Below are positions 14,346 to 27,221 of a stretch of 64,000 nucleotides of DNA, piece by piece. The stretch's first letter is position 1; every line of letters starts with the position of its first letter. This stretch comes from Callorhinchus milii (taxonomy: Eukaryota). The stretch is taken from positions 123,878,001-123,942,000 of the forward strand of contig NW_024704742.1 of NCBI RefSeq assembly GCF_018977255.1, written 5' to 3'. The notes under the pieces were generated by a model. The model had not been told where the DNA came from, searched no databases, and was given only the letters and a program-made list of their open reading frames with translations. The position numbers were made by a program, and so were the translations under genes.

Positions 14346-14406
14346 AAGCTCTCACTCACAGCGCTGCTCTACACCACCACCACCCTCCCCTCCCTCTGCA
14401 CCGGGC

Positions 14407-15667
14407 AGAGAGAGAGAGAGAGAGATCCCAGAGAGAGAGAGAGAGAGATCCCAGAGAGAGAGAGAGAGAGATCCCAGAGAGAGAGAGAGAGAGATCCCAG
14501 AGAGAGAGAGAGAGATCCCAGAGAGAGAGAGAGATCCCAGAGAGAGAGAGAGATCCCAGAGAGAGAGAGAGATCCCAGAGAGAGAGAGAGATCCCAGAGG
14601 GAGAGAGATCCCAGAGAGAGAGAGAGATCCCAGAGAGAGAGAGAGAGATCCCAGAGAGAGAGAGAGATCCCAGAGAGAGAGAGAGAGATCCCAGAGAGAG
14701 AGAGAGATCCCAGAGAGAAAGATCCCAGAGAGAGAGAGATCCTAGAGAGAAAGATCCCAGAGAGAGAGAGAGAGAGAGAGATCCCAGAGAGAGAGAAAGA
14801 GAGATCCCAGAGAGAGAGATCCCAGAGAGAGAGAGAGATCCCAGAGAGAGAGAGAGATCCCAGAGAGAGAGAGAGATCCCAGAGAGAGAGAGAGATCCCA
14901 GAGAGAGAGAGAGATCCCAGAGAGAGAGAGAGAGATCACAGAGAGAGAGAGATCCCAGAGAGAGAGAGAGATCCCAGAGGGAGAGAGATCCCAGAGAGAG
15001 AGAGAGAGAGATCCCAGAGAGAGAGACAGATCCCAGAGAGAGAGAGAGATCCCAGAGAGAGAGATCCCAGAGAGAGAGAGAGAGATCCCAGAGAGAAAGA
15101 TCCCAGAGAGAGAGAGAGAGATCCCAGAGAGAGAGATCCCAGAGAGAGAGAGATCCCAGAGAGAGAGAGAGAGATCCCAGAGAGAGAGAGAGAGATCCCA
15201 GAGAGAGAGAGAGATCCCAGAGAGAGAGAGAGATCCCAGAGGGAGAGAGATCCCAGAGAGAGAGAGATCCCAGAGAGAGAGAGAGATCCCAGAGAGAGAG
15301 AGAGATCCCAGAGAGAGAGAGAGATCCCAGAGAGAGAGAGATCCCAGAGAGAGAGATCCCAGAGAGAGAGAGAGATCCCAGAGAGAGAGAGAGATCCCAG
15401 AGAGAGAGAGAGATCCCAGAGAGAGAGATCCCAGAGAGAGAGAGAGAGATCCCAGAGAGAAAGATCCCAGAGAGAGAGAGAGATCCCAGAGAGAGAGAGA
15501 GATCCCAGAGAGAGAGAGATCCCAGAGAGAGATCCCAGAGAGAGAGAGAGAGATCCCAGAGAGAAAGATTCCAGAGAGAGAGATCCCAGAGAGAGAGAAA
15601 GAGAGATCCCAGAGAGAGAGAGAGAGAGAGAGATAGATCCCAGAGAGAGAGAGAGATCCCAGAGAGA
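14407..15667. repeat. (GA)n tracts punctuated by GATCCCA, about 1.26 kb compound satellite
   Basis: Directly visible. Confidence 0.98.
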
Positions 15668-15764
15668 AGCAGATCCTTTCCCATCAATTGCAAGAGTAGC
15701 GTTTCTCTTAATCCGTTTTTAATGCAAAAGATCAACACGAGTTGAGCTTTTTTTTTGTAGGAGT

Positions 15765-15827
15765 ATGGAGTGGGACCTGGGAAGAAAAACTTTTTCTAAA
15801 GTCCAGACAGGGGAGGAGATGCAGTGG
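15765..15827 (+). CDS. CDC20B: CDC20B coding exon 1 (MEWDLGRKTFSKVQTGEEMQW)
   Basis: ATG at 15765; peptide aligns with the recalled human N-terminus MEWKLERTAPRRVRTEEEMLW; GTAAGT donor at 15828, phase 0. Confidence 0.92.
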
Positions 15828-16291
15828 GTAAGTTTTATCTGGCTTTAATGTTACTGTATAACACAGTATATTATTGTAGGCTGATGTACAGTAATACTGG
15901 TTACTGAATATACAGGAATCTACAAGAAAATTAAGGAGCTCAGGTCAGTGTTAGAAAAAAAAGGATTAACACAACAGGCTTTAAAATCTATAATATAGGA
16001 AATAACAGCCCAGTTATGATGAAGTAAGTTATCATCCATCAAAATGGAATGGTACTATGGTAAGCTCTCATTGCACATTCATTTGCAGGATTAAAAAAGT
16101 ATTAGAAAGGAATTTACAGTAGTTCAGTGGTTTGTGACTGAAAATATCCCCAATTTAAAAGTGTAGGAAAAGATTTGGGTTTACCGAATGGATTTATTTT
16201 TCCATAAAGAAATAATTTAATTTAATTGCGTGTTTGTGAGGACACAAATAAACAATAATTAGTGTAAGTTATTGCCATTTTTATTTCGTAG

Positions 16292-16363
16292 GAGAAAATA
16301 ATGAAGAAGCTTGCCAATGAAACACCGTGGAATTCACAGCAGTATTCCCATCGACTATTCAAG
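16292..16363 (+). CDS. CDC20B: CDC20B coding exon 2 (EKIMKKLANETPWNSQQYSHRLFK)
   Basis: ttttatttcgtag acceptor, AAG|gtatgg donor, phase 0/0; resembles human ESIMRVLSKDL. Confidence 0.88.
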
Positions 16364-16783
16364 GTATGGTTACACGAATAAAAAATGTAAAAATAACCAG
16401 CACATGTCTTATTTATATATTCACAACTAAGCTTTACAATAAAAGCTTAACTGGGTGATTGCTATTTTCCATAATGGAGAAAAAGTTTAACATTTCGAAA
16501 AAGATTTGATAATTATCATCTGGATGTCCTACTGAGGTGAAAGGTGCTGTACAAGTGTTGTTTGGTGTTGTAACAAATGCGTTGGTAATATTTTTGCTGT
16601 TTGCATTTTTCATTTGAATCAAATTTGTAATTGGACAATCATTTCCTCTTTAATGTGCACATAACCAAATATATGCTAATTTTATCTAAACGTGGAGAAT
16701 AATCTGCACCTAACAAAAGATTAATAACTTGTAATCTTTCTGACAGGATAGAATGTATCGCAGAATTTATAATGGTCTAATCT

Positions 16784-16961
16784 TGCAGTATTTTGTAACA
16801 GAATTCCTTAGTAAGGAATCAAATGGAGACTCCTTTGGTAACTGAAAGTACATCATACCATTTAACAGGAACTTCACCTCAGTGCAATCTATTTCTGGAG
16901 TGGAATCTCAGAGGTGGACAGGAATTCTTCTAACTAAGGAATTCTAGTATGAAATACTGCA
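16784..16961. mobile_element. Probable MITE relic with about 29-bp terminal inverted repeats
   Basis: TGCAGTATTTTGTAACAGAATTCCTTAGT versus reverse complement of ACTAAGGAATTCTAGTATGAAATACTGCA, 25/29 identical. Confidence 0.55.
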
Positions 16962-17218
16962 TATATGATCCTAATGGCACTGAGATTGCTGCCTTGTAAT
17001 TTCTCCTTGTTTTTCACAATGTTCTACTTATTTCAAACCATGTAGTATTTATATTCATTAGTTTAGAGTTCAAAACATCACATTTGTGGAATGAATTTAT
17101 TTGTAAGTTTGAGTGTGCCAAAAATATACTGTTGTGAAGTGCAGTCTGGAGTTCAAGCTTAAAGCAGAAACATCACTATTACATTGAGTTCAAAGAAAAG
17201 AGAAGGAAGCATGTAGGG

Positions 17219-17296
17219 ATGTGGTGGTTAGGCAGTGTACTGCTAGCTGGCTGTTGTGTCTGACAGGTTAGCAGCTGCTAGCTACACTCCACACTG
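17219..17296 (+). ncRNA. MIR449: miR-449 hairpin 1 (miR-449c-like); 5p about 17229-17254 UAGGCAGUGUACUGCUAGCUGGCUGU
   Basis: GGCAGUG seed; close to human miR-449c UAGGCAGUGUAUUGCUAGCGGCUGU; complementary 3' arm gcagctgctagctacact at 17271; in CDC20B intron 2. Confidence 0.92.
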
Positions 17297-18132
17297 CTGC
17301 ATCTGAGAGCACTTCATCATCAGAGTCTTCACTGACTGCTGGAGCTTTATCTTCCAATACAATTCAATATATTAAAATTCTGAGACTTTCGGAACTATTT
17401 TGCTATGATTCAATGAAAAGATTTTCTTTAAATATCTTTTTGCCCATCGATCCTGCACTGGCTCTCAGTACAAGTTGTTCATTCAATCCCACTGCCCCGC
17501 CCAATCCCCATACCTCTTTAATTCTTTTAATGTGAAAGGCGCTTTACAAATGTAATTTGTTGTTGTTCTTTAGTCACTCACTCCTCTACCAGTGGAAATA
17601 ACTTCTCCCCATGTACCCTGTCAAAATCCTTTATAATTTTGTATTCTATCAGGTTCCTTCTTAACTTTGAAAACAGACCCAACTTCTCCAGTCTCTCCTC
17701 ATAACTGTTAACTCAATATCATTCATCCTGTATTATGAGCTGTTTGTTCCATGGACTAATACCCACCAATAACTGCATTGAGACTGTTCAACCTTATTGA
17801 TTTGTGCTGCTTTTATATCACAGTTCAGCTGTCATCCTGGCTTTAAATTGGGTGCTGAATTATAATAATAATCCTTGTATTTGATATAGTGCCTTATCAT
17901 GTCTTCGAGATGTTTCAAAGCATTTAACAGAATATACTGTAAAGTGTTGTGACTGTGTATTTTGTGGGCGAAATGCAGCAGTTTGTTACTTATTAAGGAA
18001 CAGATGACTATGAGTGAACAAACACAGGTCAGTTAAAAATGAGTAAAGTACTCTGTGTCAGTGACTTTTAGCTAAAGATTTCACTCATTCCTTTAATCTT
18101 ACAATAAGGCAGAACGTTCACAATGAAGTGCC

Positions 18133-18212
18133 AGAGTCTGGAAGGCAGTGTACAGTTAGCTGGCTGCTTGGTGTTTGGACAGCAGCCGCTACGTATTCCG
18201 CCACTTGCCTCG
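18133..18212 (+). ncRNA. MIR449: miR-449 hairpin 2 (miR-449b-like); 5p 18143-18164 AGGCAGUGUACAGUUAGCUGGC
   Basis: Two changes from human miR-449b-5p; 3' arm cagccgctacgtattccgccact resembles miR-449b-3p. Confidence 0.92.
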
Positions 18213-18268
18213 TGGTCTGTCACGTCAGATGATCCTGGTCGAGGATAGAGACTCGCGGGCAACGCTTT

Positions 18269-18352
18269 GTGCTTGGTGGGAAGGCAGTGTAACGTTAGCT
18301 GGTTGTGGTTGTATATGTTACCAGTTAACTTGCTGCTGCCCTCTTACCACAC
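18269..18352 (+). ncRNA. MIR449: miR-449 hairpin 3 (miR-449a-like); 5p 18282-18303 AGGCAGUGUAACGUUAGCUGGU
   Basis: Long stem with accagttaacttgctgctgccctcttacc; 139 nt after hairpin 2, similar to the tight b/a pair in mammals. Confidence 0.93.
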
Positions 18353-18719
18353 ATGGACATTCAGCCGTCATTCTCCAGAGACATCCTGATTTGAATGTTG
18401 AATGAGAGTTCTGCATTTTTAAATTTCAATCACTGGTCAGTATTTTCTTCAGTTTTAAAAAATAGAAAGGCCACCACAGTATATTAGTAAGAATGCTCAA
18501 ACAATAAGAAACACTAGTTTTTACAACAGTTCAAGGCAACTTTTTATATTATAAAAACTTTATTCACCATTTTCTGTATAAAGTCCTTGTGCCTTAAGCT
18601 CTACCTGTGACTGGCACTGAAGTGTATTCAGCTAAAGAGTAAATCCTATTAGGATTTGATACAATAACACTTCTGTAGGGGGCCTTATTGAGAATGGTGA
18701 ATGCAGGGTGATTGGGAGT

Positions 18720-18800
18720 GTGTGGGTTGATTAGGCAGTGTAATGTTAGCTGGCTGCAATGTAGGAATCAGCAGCTACAAGCACTACCACATTAGCTCAT
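18720..18800 (+). ncRNA. MIR449: miR-449 hairpin 4 (extra paralogue); 5p 18733-18754 AGGCAGUGUAAUGUUAGCUGGC
   Basis: Intact seed and mature-like sequence; partially complementary 3' arm cagcagctacaagcactacc. Confidence 0.85.
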
Positions 18801-21800
18801 GATTTCACAACAACATAAAGAAATAAATTATTTTATAGTCTTACCATATCAAAACTTCTCAAGGTGCCTTGATGGAATTACTATACTAATGATGCTTGCG
18901 TTTGATACCGCCCCTTTTACATTGGGATGATATATTCAAATGCTCCATGGGATTTATACTAATGAATGAATAATGACTGTGCATTTTGTAGGCAAAATGT
19001 GGCAGCCGATTTGCATCTAGCAGCCTTCTCCAAAAAGCCATGACGTGAATGACTGATTTTATCTGAGGGTACAACTCCTTTCTGTTTCTCATGACATGCA
19101 AGTCTTAATCAATCCACATTGACAGGCAAGGCCTTGGGTTTTGTGTCTTATTCGAAAGTCGCCACGTCCATCATTGCAGCGCACTCCCATAGCAGAAAGC
19201 GATCAACGTATTTAAGAGGAAACTTAATTCATATATGAGAGGAAGGGTTCAGAGGCTTATGGGTGAGAGGATTAGGAGAGGAGTTTCACGTTGAGTATAA
19301 ACATTGGCATAGACTATTTGAGCCAAATGGCTTGTTTCTGTGCTGTAAAGTTCTATGTAAGGAATTATGTGACATTGAGTATTGGTCCAAATTCTATTGA
19401 TGAGCCAGAGAGGCTGATCAATTATCAACAGTGCTCTCCCTCACTCAGGTATCAGCATGGAGTCCACCACAAGTTATTAAATCAGCTCTACTTTCTTTCT
19501 CAGGCTTGCCTCACAGCCAGTTAGACTTTAATTAGACTTTCAGAGAGTCCCTGCTTATAACCATCCCCACCAAGAAGGATAGACATTTTTAAAAATAAAA
19601 TATTTGACTCCTTAATGAAATGTCTGCTAACAGGTGGTTATGCTCATAAAGAAACCAACAGTAGTATCTACAGAAAATACTTACATTCCATTAGAACTAT
19701 TTATCTTAAACAGCAGTGTGTGTCGTCCTGTGACCAATTTTTGAACCCTCTCACAGAGGTTGGAATACATAATCCATGGAATTATGGAATACTATCATTA
19801 CTTTGAAGCTATTTCAAAGAGTGATCTGAAAGCAAAGTATTGAGTTAAAATGGCATTCCTTTCTGATGTTCCCTTTGAAACATTTTACTTTGGAGCCACT
19901 TCAGCTCAAAAAACACCCCTGCTTACACCTCCCCCCCCCAGCCCTCCCCCAGGAGAATAGTATAGCTCTTCAAAAAATTTGGAAATTGCAACAAGAAGAA
20001 CATTATCTTGCTGAAGATCATTATCATATGTACTATCGCTGTGGGTGGTGGAATGATGCACTTTGTGAAAATGACAAGGTTAAAGAGGATGAATTGCTAA
20101 ATATAGGCACAGACTTTAGATTTCATACCAACCACAGACTCAAATTATCTGCAAGAACACATCAAGCCTTCTACCCCAACCCCTCGCATTTTGCTTGAAA
20201 ATTCCCACTGAGTTACATTCATGGGTCTGAGCCATTACAGGACTCAGGGTGCCTCACCCCTTGTTTTGAAAGATGTAATTTGGAGGGTTTTAAAACATTG
20301 TGGGAGGCCCTGAGGTAAATGGACTGTACGCAAAAGTATAATTTCTTTTGCAATCGGTGGTCTCTACTGCAGCAATTCTGACTGCCCTGAATTAGAGTGA
20401 AGCCCTGGGGAAGAAATCTCAACACTTACACTACAGTCTTAACATTTCAGACTGTGCAAAATTTGGCAAATTCTTAACAGACTATGCAAAATTGAGCAAG
20501 TTCTCAAAACGGATTTCAAAGACCTGATGTAGTTTTTAAGAATTTATCAATTCTACAGGCCTTAAAATGCATTAAAGTAACGTCATCACAGGCCCGGGTG
20601 TAATTTCCTCCCTTGTGATATAAGGTTTATGACATTTGTTTGTACTGCAACAATTATTATGAAGTGTAATGCATTGCATCTCAACTGTGTGGAACACTTT
20701 CCCTCAATCCCTCTGCCTTGGCCCCTCCCTTCATCCCCAATTTCAAATCCTGCCTGAAGACCTTCCTTTTTGATCGTGCTTACGGTCACCTACCCCCTCA
20801 CCCTCCCCCTGGCTCAGTGTCAGACTCCGCCACTGTCAAGTGCTCTGAGACACTACCCTCCGTGAAAGGCACTATATAAATCCAAGTTGTTGTTGTTATT
20901 TACAACAACAACAACAACAAGATTCCATTTATAAAGCGCCTTTCACATCAGGAGGACGTCCCAAGGCGCTTATTTAAAATAATAGATAGAGGCTACATTA
21001 TTTATAGTTCAGAGGATACATTGCTCGGGATCTTAGGTGTGAGAACATGATCTGAACATTTTAAAATTGTGCAGAATTTTGGAAAATTCTTAAATCCAAT
21101 CCTAAAGCAGCAGTTTATCTGCAATTCTTAAAAATTACAATGGAATTTAATAATTTTCAAAAAACATGCATGATTTTAAAACAATCTTGAAGCTATAAGC
21201 ATGGCGATTTTGGGGCCTCTATGTGCTATAAAATCTGGTTCTATTGCAAACACAACTTCTATTTATTCAATAATTAGATTTAGGAATCCCCTTGTGTTGG
21301 GACAATTTTGACTTGTGTGGAGGGATTATAAACACAAGTAAAGATTAACTGGGCCAAATGGCCCGTTTCTATGCCTTACAATCAATCAAACATTGAAAAG
21401 ACTCCTCAGTCTTGAAATGTCTCTAGAGGGGACTTAATGGAGATGTATAAGATTTTGAATGGGATTGAGAAAGTTTTTGATAATAATTCTTGCATTTGAT
21501 ATAGTGCTTTATCACATCATTGATGTCTCAAAGCGCTTCACAGGATATACTGTAAAATGGATTGACTGTATTTTGTGAGCAAAATGGGTTTGAAGAAATA
21601 CTTTTGATGCATTAAGACCGCAGAACATGAAGCCAGTGTTAGGGTTGCAAAGGGCAATTTCACAGACAACAGGAAATATTTATTTAGCAAGAAGGCAATT
21701 GACAACTGTCATATATGCTAATACTGTAACAGGATGCTGGACTTATTTAAACAGCTTTGATGCTCTGATGTTGCTATGATACTTGGAATTGCACAGCCAC

Positions 21801-23745
21801 TTTATTCTTACAACCACAGGCAAGGGATCCTGAAGGCATTTGGGACTACAACAGTGTCACTTGAACAGTTTATCAGTTCAGTGAACAGTTCAGTCACTTG
21901 AACTCTGGGAATGCTCAGCCTTTTAACACGCTCTTAGCCAACTGTTGTTTGATTTAATATACAGCACGTTTACTCTATAGTTGTCACTTAATGACAATGT
22001 TGGTTCACTATTTGTAACCTGTAGGAGCAACACAGTATAAAAGGGAAGTGATACAGGAGGTGTAGTAAACAGTCTTCAAAGTGATTTAGTGTCAGCCGAT
22101 CCGAAGTGTTTTGCAAATTGGTATATTAACTATTCTCCATCTAATGAACAACGCTTGTCTGAAGCTGAATATTTTCTATAGGAGCACTTGCAAAGCATAA
22201 GGAGCCTCTCACTATTTGGAGTATTCTGACATTTCACTGTGTTGCATGTTTTTTTTAAAAAAACACTGACCACTTACAGCAAATAGAATACTAATTTCAT
22301 CGGTAATAAATAACAGTATATTAGTATGAATGAATCAGATGATGAAAATATAAACATGAAGACATAGGTATGGATAAAGTGAGGTGATGGGATTGAAGTG
22401 AAATCCTTGTTCTGTGAGCTGATGCAGGCTTGATAGGCTGAATGGCCTCTTCTGTGCTCTAGAATTCTATTTCTACATGGTTTAGCAGGTTAATGGAGTA
22501 GTGATTAACACAGGTTAATGTAGTGGTATTAAAGTGAACCCAAACCTGGGATCAGTAAATTGCTGAAACACAGACTTGATTCTTACACAAGCAATACTCA
22601 TCTAATTCAGATTCAGGGACTACCATTGAGTAAGATGGCTAGTTATTAAAGGGACATCATCCGATGAAATTCCTTGTGTGTTGATTTACTAGGACCTACT
22701 TAAACAGAAATACCCAATAAAACATTTGGCAATGTAATGTTGTCACTATTACTTGTGCTTCTGAAAAGTTTTCCCAATGGTTTCCAGAATTCGTCTTTTT
22801 GGAGTACCCTATTTCCAGATCTGATCTGCTGCTAAATTACACAGATACTCCTTCAAATAAATAGCATATAATTAAATTGTATGAAATACAGGTACAGATC
22901 ATTTTCAATTACGCCTGATGTATCTCACTGTAAATACACTGGATATCAAAAATTATTTCTGATGTTAAAGAGTTTTAAGGTGGATGCATAGTAAAAATAT
23001 ATAATCCTTGCATTTAATATAGTGCCTTATCACATCATTGAGACGTCTCAAAGCTCTTCACAGAATATATTGTGAAGTGGTTCGACTGTATTTTGTGGAA
23101 AAAATGTGGCAGCCAATTGGGCACAGCAGTATCCCACAGATAAGATGTGGATTGAGTGACTCAAATTTTCTTTTTGAGGGATTATTACTCTCAGAAAGCG
23201 ATCTGCCAATTGACTGACAACCGAGTTCCTACTTACTGCTAGGTAAATAGAGGCGTGTGGCATAAGGAATCTTGCCTAAGGTTTTGCCCCCACCCCAGAA
23301 AATGAACCTGGGTTCTCTCGCTGTGAGGTGAGCGCGCTAACCAATACACTACAGGACTCCTCAGGCGAGTACTACCTCATTTTACACTGGTATGCATCTT
23401 ACACTGACCAGAACTTTTGTGGTTTGTGATCATATGTGCAGTGCCCTCATATGCCCTCCCTTTCCCCCTGGCTCAGGATCAGACTTGGCCACTGTGACGC
23501 ACTCCGGGACACTAACCCTGCATGAAGGACGCTATATAAGTGCAAGTTGTTGTTAACTTGGGACTAGTATAAAATGCTGGCCTCTGTCTCTAAAATTAGA
23601 CAGTTTTAGATGGAAATATTCAAAGATGGATCCATCTCTTTGGATGTTTCAGATCTATTGGAAGTTCAATGGCAAGTTAAGCTGTAACATGAAGTATGAA
23701 CATTATGGTTGATGACTGGAGGCTGTCAGTCACTGCTGTTGTGTT

Positions 23746-23909
23746 TCAGAGTTCTTCTCTCTTTTTCAATATGATCTTTGCCACTAAAGCTGACACTTCT
23801 TGCTTGATTGCTGCCAGGGGCTCTTCAGTTTTCCAAACTTTTATCACCTGGCCTTCCGGGTTAACCAAATACTTCCAAAAATTCCATCGGGGTTCTTTGT
23901 TTGTAGAGT
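23746..23909 (-). CDS. GPX8: GPX8 exon 3 ([22 protein letters not shown]...KKREEL*)
   Basis: WNFWKYL motif; KDEL-like REEL C-terminus; three exons total 630 nt = 209 aa + stop. Confidence 0.97.
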
Positions 23910-24265
23910 CTAAAATTGAACAGAAAACAATTGAATAAATGTACCTGCTAGTGCTGTAACTTAAAATAAGGTAGTTCTAGCATTTTGTTGCAGTGATAAT
24001 TTTTTATGTTTACAATTTCATCTGTCAGAGTTTATACAACATGTTTGAAAAACACTAACTTTTTTTTAATATACCTTCCTCTGGCAAATCAGACAAGTTA
24101 AGTAAAGCAGAAGAAATGCACCAAACCATTTCAGTAACTTGTTGAGATGCAATGATCCCAATATGTAGCAATTCATAACAGGATTTGTAAATATAAATTT
24201 TTCTGTGAACCTCTGTCTCTCACACTGACCATTATAATGCCACTTGGACATTAATCATAACTTCC

Positions 24266-24910
24266 GTCAACAACAACAAAATTACATTTATATAGCACCT
24301 TTCACATTGGGAGCACATCCCGAGGCGCTGGACAGTCAGAGTTTTAGACCCAAGCTGGGAGTTGGGATTGGGGAGGGTGGGGAGCACCCTCTTGAGATGG
24401 GCCTTGAAAAAGGCAAGGTGGGGGTGAGGAGGAGGGACTGCGGGATGGAGTTCCAGAGGGTGGGGACAGATTGGCAGATGGTCCGCCTGCTAATGGTGGG
24501 GCAGGTGAGGTGGGGGACGTGAAGCAGGCTGGAGCCCGCTGAGTGGAGGGAGTGGGCAGGATGGTAGAGGTTTCGGAGGTTGGAGAGGTAGGGGGGAGCA
24601 AGTATGGAAGGCTTTGAAGGACCAGGATCTTGAACTGTATCCTCTGCGTGATGGGAAGCCAGTGGAATCGGGTGAGGATGTGGCTGATAGGTTCACAGAG
24701 CCTGGTGTGGGAGAGGACACGGGCTGCAGCATTCTGGATGATCTGTAGCCTATGGAGGGACAGGTTGGGGAGGCCGACAAGTAAGGAGTTTGTATAGTCA
24801 AGACTCGATGTAATGAAAGCGTGTATGAGTATTTCAGTTTTCTGAGGTGTGAGACCGTGGTGGAGCCGGGGTGATGTTGCAGAGAGGGGGAAGGCAGAGC
24901 AGGTCATGAC
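24266..24910 (-). mobile_element. L2-type LINE 3' fragment in GPX8 intron 2
   Basis: LIHAFITSSLDYTNSLL...IQNAAARVL...FHWLP; (CAA)n tail on +. Confidence 0.88.
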
Positions 24911-26959
24911 ATGGTTGAATCAGATTAGAGCCAATAGTGGCTCCTAGCACATGGAAGTCAGTGACCAAATAAAGCCAATCATAGTGCGATAAATCATGGT
25001 ACATAGGTATTTGGTTCCGTGAACATCAAAGATTGCTTTTATAAATGGGATGGTGCAGGCTGTTTCCGATAATTAGTGTATTTTTTAAACATCAACTTCA
25101 TCCTAGGTGCTGGGAAACACACTTGTGCAGCATTTGTGTTGGACCTGAAGTGTTACTCAGCTGTGTATTATTTTCTTGCTTGGAAGTAATGTAATTTACT
25201 TAAATCCTTGGTTAAGCCATATTTGGAATACTGTGTCCATTTCTAATTGTTGGTCTGCAGGAATGATATTCTAGCATTGGAGATAGTAAAGCATAGAGTT
25301 ACCAACAACAACAAATTACCTTTGTGTATCGCTTTTCACGTCAGGAGGACGTCCAAAGGCGTTGGAATTATAATCCTTGCATTTGATATACAATATAAAA
25401 TTACATTTGCGTAGCACCGTTCACATCAGAAGGATGTCTCAAGGCGCTGGACAGTCAGGGATTTGGATCTGAGCGGGTGTGGGAGGGGGTAAGGGAGGGT
25501 GGAGGGCAGGGAGGGTAGGAGGGTGGGCGAAGGCATCATCAAAGAGGAAGGTCTTGAGACGTGCTTTGAAGGGAGCAAGGCAAAGGGAATGTGGGATGGA
25601 GTTCCAAAGATTGGGGGTGGAGAAGCTGAAGGCCCGACTGCTGATGGTGTGATAAGTGCCTTATCATGTCTTCGAGATGTCTCAAAATGCTTCACAGAAT
25701 ATACTGTAAAGTGAATTGACTGTATATTTTGTGGGCAAAACGTGGTAGCAAAATGTGCACAGCAGTGTCCCCCAACAGTCGTGGATTGAGTGAGCAAAAT
25801 ATTATTTTTTTCTTAAAAAGTGATTTTTACCCCCAGAAAAGCGATCCGCCAATCTACTAACAACCGGGTTCCTACTTACTGCTAGGTAAACAGAGGCGTG
25901 TGGAGTAAGGAAAATTGCCCAACGTTTCAACTTGTCTAGGAATCAAACCCAGTCCACTTGTTTGCGAGGCGAGTGCTTTAACCACTGAGTTACTAGGAAT
26001 TTTCCAGGGATGAGTGGATACCCCTATCAAGAACGATTGAGACAGTTTGGAGTTTAGAAATGAGATGAGACAAATAAGAGGGGATTCAAATTATAGGATT
26101 CAATAAGGTGGACATTAATACGCTAGGAGGAACTTTGTTATGCAGAGAATGATGAACCCACTGCCAGAAGATGAGATTGAAGCAGAAAGCATCAATGTAT
26201 TTATGAGGAAACCTGATGCAAACTTGAAGGAGAAGGGAATATTCTATAAATAAAAGTTAACCCCATACCAAATGCTGCATCCCCATCAATCCAGTCCTTA
26301 CCATGTCCCACTGGCCCCCTATCGAGAATGGATCAATTTTAAAAAGCTTTGCACTTACTTACAAATCAATTAATGTCCTGATATCTTCCTACCTTTCTGG
26401 CCTGCTTACAGCCTCTCACACTCTAGTACTTCTCCCCCACCTCCCCTACCCCCACTCACCCCCTGGTCAGCTGGCTCCAGCCTTTTACACGTCCCTCAGG
26501 CCCTTCGTTGCCAGTGGCTGTGGTTTCAGGCGCTACACTGGAACCTCAGGAACTCTCTGCCTCAATCCCTTGCACGTCTTCAGATCGCATCTGAAGACCT
26601 TCCTCTTTGACTGTGCCTCCCCTCTCTCCCCGGCTCGGCATCACAGAGCTCCACCACTTTTGAGCGCTATGAGACGCTGAAGGGTGCTATGTAAATGCAA
26701 GTTGTTGTTACTGTTAAATGAATATTTTGGTCACTCAATCCACGACAGTTTGTGGGTTACTGCTGTGCGCAATGGAGGCTGCGTTTCGCCCACAAAATAT
26801 ACTGTTGATTCACTTTCCAGTATATTCTGTGAAGCGCTTTGAGATGTCTCGAAGACGTGATTAGGCGCTATATCAAATGCAAGGATTATTATTATTAACG
26901 TTATAAATTACAAACAATAATAAGGCAACATGAAACGATTAGAGAGAGCAGCATCTCAC

Positions 26960-27221
26960 CTACGAGGAATCTGAAGGCTGGGTGGGCTTCACTGCCTAAC
27001 ACTTTGATTTTACTGAAGATGGGGAAGGTGACTCCGTAGTTGGCTTTGGCGAAGCTCTCGATGTCGTAGTTACTGCCGGGCTCCGAGTCTCCAAACTGGT
27101 TGCAGGGGAAAGCCAAGACATTGAAATGCATGGGTCCCAGCTCCTTCTGCAACTGCTGTAGGCTGCGGTATGAGAGCTCTGTGTGCTCACACTGACTCGC
27201 CACGTTTACAACCAGAGACGC
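26960..27221 (-). CDS. GPX8: GPX8 exon 2 ([11 protein letters not shown]...[11 protein letters not shown]...AFRFLV)
   Basis: GPx signature with Cys (not Sec) active site; canonical splice sites; 262 nt. Confidence 0.97.

Noticed and set aside
14407..15667. CRISPR-like repeat/spacer pattern (GATCCCA with variable spacers)
   Set aside because: Spacers are only (GA)n of variable length; eukaryotic context; no cas genes
14039..15745. 568/497/460-aa ORFs with ERERDPR or SLSLWD repeats
   Set aside because: Translations of the GA/GATCCCA satellite, which lacks stops by composition; no homology
27160..27200. Selenocysteine in the GPx active site
   Set aside because: The codon is TGT (Cys); no in-frame TGA
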